64,000 bases of DNA from IMG/VR virus record IMGVR_UViG_3300032087_003848; one strand, 5' to 3'. The DNA is from an uncultured virus (IMG/VR IMGVR_UViG_3300032087_003848) (Duplodnaviria > Heunggongvirae > Uroviricota > Caudoviricetes). Every line of letters begins with the position of its first letter. Position 1 is the stretch's first letter. The notes beneath the pieces were generated by a model, which was not told where the DNA came from, ran no database searches, and saw nothing but the letters and a program-made list of their open reading frames with translations. A program made the translations under genes and the position numbers. Of this stretch, positions 30,028 through 38,198 are shown piece after piece.

Positions 30028-30099
30028 CTATACTCCCCACAGGCATATTATTGCGTCGGGAGAATAGTTAGACGCACTTAACTCACATAGGTGATTAAG

Positions 30100-30612
30100 A
30101 TGAAGTTAGAAAATTGGAATATAAATGCAGCACAGGTTAGCCTGTGGCTACAGAAGGAAGACAGACCTGTTAACCCGGCAATTGAGTTATCAATTATGCT
30201 AGGTAACGATGCCGAAAACGATGACGAAAGAGACACTTATTGGGGTGCTATCAGAAATCTAGGTAAGAAATACTCAGATTTCCCTATGGCCCGCCGAGGC
30301 AGAGAATCGGACATTCCTCAAGAAGTAGTTCTAAATGCTACTTCTGTGAAGAACACAGTAATAGATGCCTTTGCAGGTATTTCTAATGCAGATGTTATTC
30401 TGTCCGTTATTTTGCCACATGGCCGAACCGGCGGTGCATATGCATCTATCGACGACTTGGCTCAAGATATGGGCGACAAAGCATACCGCACACTGCTTAA
30501 GGCTTACAATGCAAAGCCGGAGCAACGTTGGGATGGTTCAATGGATGGCAACGTGCCATTAATGACCCCGCCACCGGTCAAACAACAAAAGGGAGGCGAT
30601 GAGGAAGAGTGA
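30100..30612 (+). CDS. Cassette protein family member B
   Basis: MKLENW..WGAIRNLGKKYSDFP..LPHGRTGG..WDG..PPP..DEEE. Confidence 0.8.
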   Translation: MKLENWNINAAQVSLWLQKEDRPVNPAIELSIMLGNDAENDDERDTYWGAIRNLGKKYSDFPMARRGRESDIPQEVVLNATSVKNTVIDAFAGISNADVILSVILPHGRTGGAYASIDDLAQDMGDKAYRTLLKAYNAKPEQRWDGSMDGNVPLMTPPPVKQQKGGDEEE

Positions 30613-30689
30613 GTCTAACTCATTCTCCCGTCGCACCCCTTTGGGGGTGGGATTAGAATCCAATTAAGGGTTCTATTTCCGTTACACCG

Positions 30690-30713
30690 CAAAGCGAATA
30701 TGAACCATATGGT
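30690..30713. repeat. Cassette-boundary element 6 (left arm plus core only)
   Basis: CAAAG-N9-ACCATATGGT; no CTTTG follows. Confidence 0.8.
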
Positions 30714-30719
30714 ATGGCG

Positions 30720-31270
30720 AAAATGACAACGAAAGAGCAGGTTTTTCCTAACCCATATATAAAACAAAGACAAAACAAAGGTATCTGTCAAATACCTAAA
30801 ATATCGTTGCAGTATAACGAATTTTGTTCAATTGATTGTATAATAATAAATATATTATAATATATTATAGTAATCTAGCCAACACTTCTCATCGAAATTT
30901 TGAATGAGAAGATAAATAAATCGGGCAAAAAAGAGAGGTTGTGTAACATAAATTATATATTTTTATTATTATTATCATTTATCATTATTATCATAGGGGG
31001 AGGGCCTTTCCTAAGATAGTCTTTACATAAGTCCTTTATTATAGGGCACTTATGTATCACATAGGGAGAGAGAAAGGGAGGCCCCCCATGATAAGAGAAG
31101 AGAAGTGTTGTTTTTGCAGGTTTGAAGGGTTTTTGCTAAGGTTGTGTTGCACAACCTTTGTTCTCACGCTTGATAAAGATAGTGAGAAGTAATGATGAGT
31201 TGCTAACCTCCGAATAATACGCATAAATTCGATTTACGTTATTAATACTGTGAGTGAAAAAGGCCCGCAG
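30720..31270. other. AT-rich non-coding region, candidate replication origin or genome-end region
   Basis: No ORFs; AT tracts, TTATCA/TGAGAAG repeats and inverted repeats; sits at the strand switch. Confidence 0.45.
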
Positions 31271-31281
31271 GATAGCGATTA

Positions 31282-31296
31282 GTCTTCCTTAATATA
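31282..31296 (+). promoter_or_regulatory. Promoter with TATA box (GTCTTCCTTAATATA)
   Basis: Identical 15-mer at 37463-37477; both precede a gene start. Confidence 0.7.
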
Positions 31297-31351
31297 CCCC
31301 CAAAAAGATGCAATTTTGCCAAGAGTGGCAAGAAAAATAGGAAGTGAAAAT

Positions 31352-31828
31352 ATGAATGATGAAGAATGGAATTTGGTAAGAGGACAGGTTGTTGAATATC
31401 TAGCAGCCGACGATAGTCTCAATGATTCGTTGAGGCAAATTGTCAATTTGAATTTACAAATTGGTGATAGCGACGCTGAAGAAAGAGATGCGGTTTTGGG
31501 AGCATTGAAGTCTATCCTAAAAGGAAGACTAGGTTCACCTTTTGGAAAGAGAGGAAGCAAATCAACAGTTCCGGCACATGTTAGAGTTTCAATTGATACA
31601 ATCGGAAATCATGTAAGAGCAGCCGCAATTGCATATTTCAACAGTAGCCCATACATGCCTATGATTATTCATAGGCACAGTAAGTCCGGTGGTGGCCTTT
31701 TCGAGAGTGCCGAAGATTATGCTGATGTTATCGAAAAGCGTGAAAGGTCCAAACTACAAAGGGCTTATTCCACAGGCGTATGGGATGGAAATCTAGAGAA
31801 TCTAGGTCCATCTGATGAAGAAGAGTGA
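31352..31828 (+). CDS. Cassette protein family member C
   Basis: ERDAVLGALK..PFGKRG..HRHSKSGGG..WDG..DEEE. Confidence 0.75.
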   Translation: MNDEEWNLVRGQVVEYLAADDSLNDSLRQIVNLNLQIGDSDAEERDAVLGALKSILKGRLGSPFGKRGSKSTVPAHVRVSIDTIGNHVRAAAIAYFNSSPYMPMIIHRHSKSGGGLFESAEDYADVIEKRERSKLQRAYSTGVWDGNLENLGPSDEEE

Positions 31829-31875
31829 ATTGTTTCAATAGGCAATTTATTGTATATACCTTAACGGGTAAATTT

Positions 31876-31920
31876 GCCTCCCACCTCTCTTAGGGGAAGT
31901 GGGAGGCTCATCTTTCTTTA
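31876..31920 (+). terminator. GC-rich hairpin terminator candidate
   Basis: gcctcccac...gtgggaggc stem then pyrimidine run. Confidence 0.55.
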
Positions 31921-32008
31921 TGTAATATTACTGAGCATTTGTTACACCGGTAAAAAATGTGTTACCCTCGGTGGCCTCCCGACCTATACTAGCGGTCCAC
32001 CCTTCCAT

Positions 32009-32127
32009 TGAGCAAAGGTGAATACCGCATTGATTTTTACACAGGTCGAGAACGGGTGCGACTAAAGATGTAAGAACAGAAATAAATCTGTTTTGTTCTC
32101 CTTGTGTAATACATTCACCTTTGCTCA
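32009..32127 (+). ncRNA. Long hairpin immediately 5' of tRNA
   Basis: 15-bp perfect inverted repeat with nested stems. Confidence 0.45.
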
Positions 32128-32134
32128 CCTACAT

Positions 32135-32295
32135 GGGCTATTGGCGCAGTCAGGCAGCGCAACGGGCTTTTAATGAGGTTTGATAGTTAAAACAAACATG
32201 TCACCTCTGAATTATCTAGTCCCTTGTTCAACTTGGATGAGTTTGTTTCCTCAAAAGAAATCCGTTGGTCGCAGGTTCAAATCCTGCATAGCCCG
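32135..32295 (+). tRNA. tRNA-Lys(UUU) with 87-nt BHB intron (32173-32259)
   Basis: Acceptor GGGCTAT/ATAGCCC, T arm GCAGG-TTCAAAT-CCTGC, anticodon TTT 32169-32171, canonical 37/38 bulge-helix-bulge; CCA not encoded. Confidence 0.92.
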
Positions 32296-32357
32296 TCATA
32301 TTCAAGTGTATTATACACATTTCACATTCCCTAACAGGAAAAATAGGAGGAATAAAA

Positions 32358-33788
32358 ATGATAAATGGAACAATAGAACAAAACGCAATATGGGAAGCAA
32401 TTGAACATGGTGAAGGACATGTAATTGTTAATGCCGGTGCAGGAACCGGTAAGACATTTACAATCGTCGAAGGTGCAAATAGAATTGGTGATAAGAAAGC
32501 CGCATTCTTGGCATTTAACAAATCAATTGCTACTGAATTACAGAAGAAACTACCGGATGAAGTTGAAGCAAAAACATTTCACGCATTTGGTTTTGCAGCA
32601 CTGCGAAATGCAGGAATCAGAACAAAAGTGAATAATTTCAAAGTAAACAATATCATCGGTGAACTGCTAGGTAAGGATTATTTCGTTACACCACTAAAGA
32701 AATTAGTATCTCTAGTAAAGGGTGCTATGTATGATGGAACTAACACAAGCGAAATTAGAAGTTTAATTGATGAATATAATATTCAATTTCAATCTGAAAG
32801 AGAAGAACAGCAAGCAATTACTTCAATACCTGCAATTCTAAAACAGTGCAGCACACAGACACATATGATTGATTTTGATGATATGATTTGGCTACCGCTA
32901 GTAAATAACTATCCTTTACCTCATTACGACATTATGTTTGTTGATGAAGCGCAGGATTTTAATGAAGCACAAAGAGAATTAATCAGCAGATGCGTAAATG
33001 GTGGCCGATGTATTATTGTCGGTGATAAAAACCAAGCAATTTATGGATTTAGAGGTGCTGATAGTAACTCAATCGCTAGATTTGTTGAAAGACTTGAGAA
33101 TGGCAAGAGAGAAATAGGCCATTTCTCCTTGACAATTACATGGCGTTGTCCTAAATCGGTTGTTTCTGAAGCAAACCGATATGTGGCAGACTACAAAGCA
33201 CATGCAGATGCTATTGATGGTAATGTCATAGTAAACGCAGCCTTTGTTCCTCTAAGGAATGATATGGTATTGTGCCGATATAATGCACCTCTAGTAAGTG
33301 CATTTTACGATTTAATTAGTCAAGGTAAATCAGCATACATTCTAGGCAGAGACATGACTAAAGGACTAATTGCAGCAGTTGAGAAGATTTCTAAGAATCA
33401 TCAGATGGGTGTTGAGGAATTCTTGAATTTATTCATGACTGATTTTGAATACAATTACAACAAACTTCTAAGACAAGATAAGGAGAATCAAGCCTTTGCA
33501 CTAGAAGATAAGAAAGATTGTATTCTAGTATTTGCTGATAAAGCAACAACCGTTGGTGGAATCATTAGCGAAATTAAGAGAGTATTCGATGGTAATGATG
33601 AAGGCGAAATTATGCTTTCAACAGTCCACAAGGCTAAGGGATTAGAGGCAGATAATGTCTATATTCTAGCAACAAATAGAATGCCTCATCCAAAGGGCGG
33701 CAGTGAAGAGAATAACATTTGTTATGTGGCTATCACAAGAGCAAAGAAGAATCTATTCTATGTTGGTCCTAAACCGGGAGTGAATTAA
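32358..33788 (+). CDS. UvrD/Rep-like SF1 helicase
   Basis: AGAGTGKT, VDEAQD, GDKNQAIYGFRGA, STVHKAKGLE, YVAITRAK. Confidence 0.95.
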   Translation: MINGTIEQNAIWEAIEHGEGHVIVNAGAGTGKTFTIVEGANRIGDKKAAFLAFNKSIATELQKKLPDEVEAKTFHAFGFAALRNAGIRTKVNNFKVNNIIGELLGKDYFVTPLKKLVSLVKGAMYDGTNTSEIRSLIDEYNIQFQSEREEQQAITSIPAILKQCSTQTHMIDFDDMIWLPLVNNYPLPHYDIMFVDEAQDFNEAQRELISRCVNGGRCIIVGDKNQAIYGFRGADSNSIARFVERLENGKREIGHFSLTITWRCPKSVVSEANRYVADYKAHADAIDGNVIVNAAFVPLRNDMVLCRYNAPLVSAFYDLISQGKSAYILGRDMTKGLIAAVEKISKNHQMGVEEFLNLFMTDFEYNYNKLLRQDKENQAFALEDKKDCILVFADKATTVGGIISEIKRVFDGNDEGEIMLSTVHKAKGLEADNVYILATNRMPHPKGGSEENNICYVAITRAKKNLFYVGPKPGVN

Positions 33789-33789
33789 G

Positions 33790-35091
33790 ATGTCAGATTA
33801 TAGAACAAAAAGAGAATTGGGCGAAGGCCGATGGGACAAAATTCTCAAAAAGAGAATGGTTAGTCTTTCAGAAGCAGATAATTATGATGATGCTAAAGAA
33901 GAATGGATAGCCACAGGAAGAGTTTGGTGGGGTCATTATGCTAATGATGCTGCCCCTGATTGGGTAAATAATTCTTCTAATGGGAGAGGAAAGTGTCTAT
34001 GTGGTCACACAGTTGTTTATCACTTTGAAATTACAAACACAGAGAATGGTAATGTCGAATGTGTAGGTTCAGACCACATTAACACTTATCTAATTATTAG
34101 AGCAATTGCTGAAGAGAAAGGCATTCCTCTCGATGCAATTACTGATGAAGAAATTCAACAGTGGTTAAAAGAAAGAGTTAATTCACTAAAAGCAGTTGCT
34201 TGGTGGGAAGAAAACGGTGAAAACTTTGAGAAGATGTTTAATCGAGTTAAGGAGATTGATTTGCACTTTAATGTTAGAAATACAAATGATTGGTATTGGG
34301 ATGAAGAATGTGCTATGTCTAGAAGAGTAACTAAGATTAGAAAGAAAGGTCAAGGTGAATTTGGAACTCCTAGTTACAAAATGGCATCTATTGTTTGGAG
34401 ATGGAATCATCCTGATAATCCTAAGAATCAAAGAGATAAGTATGGTTATCCTAATGAGTTGTTGATGAGAGACTTATCTTATCTGTTCGTTACATCTAAA
34501 CCTTTAATTGAGAAGTTAGAAAAATACAAACAGACTATTGAAGAAACTAAGGCTAAAGTTGCTCAAAGAATAAGAGAAGCGGCAGAAGAAAGAGAAAGAC
34601 GCAGACTTGAAAGAGAAGAACGTGATAGACTTAGACGGGAACAATGGGAAAGAGAAAGACCTGCTAGAGAAGCAGCAGAAAAGATTAGACAATTGAAGTT
34701 AAAGAAACAATGGGAAGAAAGAGAAGCCCGAAGATTAGAAGCGGAAAGAATCAAATCTATTGAGAATGAAAGATATCTTGCTGCTCATCATGATGACTTT
34801 GAGCATATGTGTAGTTATTACGGAATGCCTGTGTTTGATTCATCGTTTGGTAATACACCGAAGGAAATTAATTTCTTAGCCGATATCAAGATTCAACTTA
34901 GTAAAAGAGAAACGTTGTCTAATAGACAAATACAGTGGCTGAAAGATATTCTTCTAACAGGAGCCACTGAAAAACAAAAAGAATATTTGTTATCTTTAGG
35001 TTACAGAGAATCATTTGGGTCAATGACAAGAAGACAGGCGAGTAATCTCATCACTAAATTGAAGAGGGAAAAGGATGATTCAATGGATTAA
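33790..35091 (+). CDS. Zn-binding plus coiled-coil hypothetical protein
   Basis: CLCGH..CVGSDH; E/R-rich helix; ATEKQ..QASNLI tail. Confidence 0.75.
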   Translation: MSDYRTKRELGEGRWDKILKKRMVSLSEADNYDDAKEEWIATGRVWWGHYANDAAPDWVNNSSNGRGKCLCGHTVVYHFEITNTENGNVECVGSDHINTYLIIRAIAEEKGIPLDAITDEEIQQWLKERVNSLKAVAWWEENGENFEKMFNRVKEIDLHFNVRNTNDWYWDEECAMSRRVTKIRKKGQGEFGTPSYKMASIVWRWNHPDNPKNQRDKYGYPNELLMRDLSYLFVTSKPLIEKLEKYKQTIEETKAKVAQRIREAAEERERRRLEREERDRLRREQWERERPAREAAEKIRQLKLKKQWEEREARRLEAERIKSIENERYLAAHHDDFEHMCSYYGMPVFDSSFGNTPKEINFLADIKIQLSKRETLSNRQIQWLKDILLTGATEKQKEYLLSLGYRESFGSMTRRQASNLITKLKREKDDSMD

Positions 35092-35335
35092 AAAATTCTT
35101 TGTGACTGAGAAAACTGACTCTAAGCCAAAATGTTGTATTTGCGGATTAGGTGCAAAGTATTACATGTTGATAGAGTTTCAAACTATCAGTCACAAAGAA
35201 TTGGATGATAAGATATTGATTAGCATATGTGGAGGATGTTACGATGAAGTTTATGAGAGATATAATCCCGACAGGGAACCACCGGTTATACAAGTCGGAT
35301 TATTTGAATCGCAGTTGGGATTCAGAACAAAATAG
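35075..35335 (+). CDS. CxxC zinc-finger protein
   Basis: CCIC..CGGC. Confidence 0.6.
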   Translation: MIQWIKKFFVTEKTDSKPKCCICGLGAKYYMLIEFQTISHKELDDKILISICGGCYDEVYERYNPDREPPVIQVGLFESQLGFRTK

Positions 35336-35422
35336 AATTGCTATCTTTAAGCAATTGAGAAAAACAGGTATGTGTTATTACAAAGCATACCAAATATCAA
35401 TAAGAAAAATGGAGGAATAAAA

Positions 35423-35656
35423 ATGAAAATAATGAAATTATATGGAAATAAAATACACCACGACAACACAATACGTCAGTCAGTGAGTTATGAATTTAAT
35501 TCACTTTCTGAATTAAGAGAGTTTTGGCAAGATAATCAAGACGCAGGACAAGAAGGAGATTGGTCTGCTGATTTGATAGATTTAAAAATTGAACATGTTA
35601 GTTATGTCAAGGTGACTGAAATGATTTGGAATGAAATAGGTGATACCGATGCTTGA
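35423..35656 (+). CDS. hypothetical protein
   Basis: GGAGG RBS. Confidence 0.6.
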   Translation: MKIMKLYGNKIHHDNTIRQSVSYEFNSLSELREFWQDNQDAGQEGDWSADLIDLKIEHVSYVKVTEMIWNEIGDTDA

Positions 35657-35894
35657 AGACATATTGGAGTTTTGTGGATATGATTCAGCGTTTAGTATGC
35701 TGAAAGATAACATGAAAGAAGAAGATTTGATGCATCTATTGGAGTCTATCATTGATAGTCCTGCTGATGCAGCAGACTTCATAAAAGAAGAGATTGAAAC
35801 CATAGCGTCACAGACCTTTGAATGGGTTGATAGAGATGCTTTAATTGCGAAGGCTGAAGATATAGAATACCTAAATTATAGAGATGGTGATTGA
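35649..35894 (+). CDS. Acidic hypothetical protein
   Basis: AGGTGA RBS, operon packing. Confidence 0.6.
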   Translation: MLEDILEFCGYDSAFSMLKDNMKEEDLMHLLESIIDSPADAADFIKEEIETIASQTFEWVDRDALIAKAEDIEYLNYRDGD

Positions 35895-36536
35895 ATGAAT
35901 ATATTTGCATTATCAAGAAACCCATACACATCAGCAGAAGAAATGATTGACAAGCATGTAATTAAAATGCCAACGGAAAGTTGTCAGATGCTACACACTA
36001 ACGTTTTGTTTCGTGATTATGTTAGGCATTACGGAGAAGAACCTTCTCTTGCTGAATTAAAACAATTTCACAGAGATATTGGTTCTAATCTGATGATACC
36101 TGCTATGCTTAACCATCCTTCAACAGTATGGGCTAGACAAACTGATGATAACGCACGTTGGCTATTTGAACATGCTAAAGCATTGTGTGACGAATATACT
36201 AAGCGTTATGGTAAAGAACATGGTTCTGAGGCTCGTATCTATGATATATCACATGAAATACATGTTCATAGTGATTGGCAGAACGCCTCAGCAGTAACTA
36301 TTGCTATGGATGACAAATACAGATTAGACTACAATAATGACATAGATATGTGGGATTTTGTAAACAAACAATATCAGCATTATTATCTTGAAGGCAAGTG
36401 GAAATTTGCTTCATGGAAAACAGAAGTGCCTAAGTGGTGGCCTAAAAACCACATCAAAAAGAAATGGAATATAGAGTTTGAGGCTATGGAAAGAGCAACC
36501 GGACTTAAAATGAATAAATACAAAATAGAGGAATAG
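35895..36536 (+). CDS. Pyrimidine-dimer DNA glycosylase (T4 endonuclease V/DenV-like)
   Basis: MNIF...DKHVIKMPTESCQML..NHPSTVWAR..EYTKRYGKEH. Confidence 0.85.
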   Translation: MNIFALSRNPYTSAEEMIDKHVIKMPTESCQMLHTNVLFRDYVRHYGEEPSLAELKQFHRDIGSNLMIPAMLNHPSTVWARQTDDNARWLFEHAKALCDEYTKRYGKEHGSEARIYDISHEIHVHSDWQNASAVTIAMDDKYRLDYNNDIDMWDFVNKQYQHYYLEGKWKFASWKTEVPKWWPKNHIKKKWNIEFEAMERATGLKMNKYKIEE

Positions 36537-36635
36537 AAATGCAAGAAAGATGTATGGCATGTGATAAACCAATTAGCAACAAAAGATACTATTGCTATGG
36601 TTGTTTCAAAGGACTAGAAGAAAAGGTGAATAAAG

Positions 36636-36911
36636 ATGTTCAATAGATTGTTTAAAATGAATAGATATAAGAAAGTAAAAATGGTTTCAGTTTGGTATGA
36701 GTTTTCGACTCATTTTTTCCTTGACCATCATGATATTGAAGGCAAGGATATTAGAAAGATGTTCGTTGATGACGGGAAATTAGTGGTGCAATTATTCAGT
36801 GGAGAAACTAAAAGAATTGACCCCACAGGAATTACTCTAGAATATGATTTTCCTATCCATATTAAGATGACTGATGAGGATAATAAGGCGGTGTGGACAC
36901 ATGAGTTGTAA
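36636..36911 (+). CDS. hypothetical protein
   Basis: AGGTGA RBS. Confidence 0.6.
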   Translation: MFNRLFKMNRYKKVKMVSVWYEFSTHFFLDHHDIEGKDIRKMFVDDGKLVVQLFSGETKRIDPTGITLEYDFPIHIKMTDEDNKAVWTHEL

Positions 36912-37206
36912 TAAGTGTGAAGGTAAATTATGGTATTTGGTTCCTAATCATCAACATGATGTGATGGAGAGAATAGAATGCTTGGATTGTATTTCTGAAA
37001 TGCAATATCAAGATGATGTAAAAGAAAGATTAAGTAAACTATTAGTGAATGCTAGTCATCAAAAACTAGCACAAATTGTTGCTGAATTGGCAGTAAACGG
37101 TATCTGTAAAGATGATAATGATAATATCACTAGATTTGAAACAGTTATTGCTACTAAGAATTTAGCAGAAGCACTAATGTTAGCAACAGTATATGCAGGT
37201 GTATAA
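36901..37206 (+). CDS. Zn-ribbon hypothetical protein
   Basis: MSCNKCEG..ECLDC. Confidence 0.65.
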   Translation: MSCNKCEGKLWYLVPNHQHDVMERIECLDCISEMQYQDDVKERLSKLLVNASHQKLAQIVAELAVNGICKDDNDNITRFETVIATKNLAEALMLATVYAGV

Positions 37207-37207
37207 T

Positions 37208-37459
37208 ATGAAACAAACAGTGGAATTTAGAATAATAAATACAAGTGAAATGCCTCCAATAGTTATTTCACAAAATGAAGATGACGAACCAAAAGTGGTA
37301 TTGAATGAATATCATAAGATTTGGATTAGTCTAAACAGAAAAGTGATTGCCGGTATCATTGAGAATCTTCAAGAGAAGATGGATATGCTCTTAACCGGCT
37401 ATCTGAAAGAACAAAGAGCGTTTGAAAAGGAAGACTTGAGAATGATGGAGGACATCTGA
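37208..37459 (+). CDS. hypothetical protein
   Basis: Operon packing. Confidence 0.65.
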   Translation: MKQTVEFRIINTSEMPPIVISQNEDDEPKVVLNEYHKIWISLNRKVIAGIIENLQEKMDMLLTGYLKEQRAFEKEDLRMMEDI

Positions 37460-37462
37460 TGT

Positions 37463-37477
37463 GTCTTCCTTAATATA
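37463..37477 (+). promoter_or_regulatory. Promoter (GTCTTCCTTAATATA) for the Ubl gene
   Basis: Exact copy of 31282-31296. Confidence 0.7.
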
Positions 37478-37514
37478 GGGTGAGAAAGATAAGAGAATAG
37501 GAAGAGTGATTAAA

Positions 37515-37724
37515 ATGATTACAGTAAGAATAATGAATGAAACAGGACACACAGAACTGATGCTAGATAGTGCTTCTAGCATTATTGAACAGATTGATAC
37601 CCATCCGACCCATTGGTGCTTTATCAATGGTGAAATGGTGGCTAGAGAAGATATTTCAGCAGTTAATTGGGATGACGTTACCTCAGTGGACCTAACCCCT
37701 GCTATTGTTGGAGGAAGCCTTTGA
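37515..37724 (+). CDS. Ubiquitin-like beta-grasp protein (ThiS/MoaD/SAMP-like) ending GG-SL
   Basis: 69 aa; MITVRI first strand, FINGEMV, VDLTPAIVGG end typical of ThiS/SAMP. Confidence 0.85.
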   Translation: MITVRIMNETGHTELMLDSASSIIEQIDTHPTHWCFINGEMVAREDISAVNWDDVTSVDLTPAIVGGSL

Positions 37725-37750
37725 TTTAGGCTATCTTCTTTCACCCTCTT

Positions 37751-37804
37751 GGGGGGAGTGATTTCGGTTTGCCAACATTTACCGAAATTGCTCTCCCCTT
37801 TTTT
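37751..37804 (+). terminator. Hairpin plus T-tract terminator
   Basis: ggggggagtgatttcggt/accgaaattgctctcccc then TTTTTT. Confidence 0.8.
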
Positions 37805-37806
37805 CA

Positions 37807-38196
37807 GTGATGTTAAACGATTTACTGAATTTTATCCCCGAAGAGGGATTCAAAATATATCTTACAGAAATTAAAGGATGGACTAATTTCAGTCCTTTAG
37901 TTAAAGACGGTTTAGCCGTCATTAAACCCGATTTTTATCCTAACAATTATGTTATTGCTAGAGGTAAATATGGATATATTTATGCGTATGGCGACACTCG
38001 CATAGAATACCGTGATGAAGAATATTCTTCACCGCAGGAATTACTTAAAAAACACGGTGAAAAGGCTATGACTGAATTCAAGGATTGGGTATTTCTTGAA
38101 GAAAAGGAATGGGTTGTAACTAAAACGGGTTTAGATTGGCAGTTTTCCTTTACAACATTAGATAAATGGCCTAAAAGAACAAAATATAGGTGTTAA
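37807..38196 (+). CDS. hypothetical protein
   Basis: 129 aa ORF. Confidence 0.65.
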   Translation: MMLNDLLNFIPEEGFKIYLTEIKGWTNFSPLVKDGLAVIKPDFYPNNYVIARGKYGYIYAYGDTRIEYRDEEYSSPQELLKKHGEKAMTEFKDWVFLEEKEWVVTKTGLDWQFSFTTLDKWPKRTKYRC

Positions 38197-38198
38197 AG

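Noticed and set aside
26891..30713. Palindromic repeats as a CRISPR array
   Set aside because: The conserved core is only 8-10 bp and the intervals are 650-920 bp containing whole genes.
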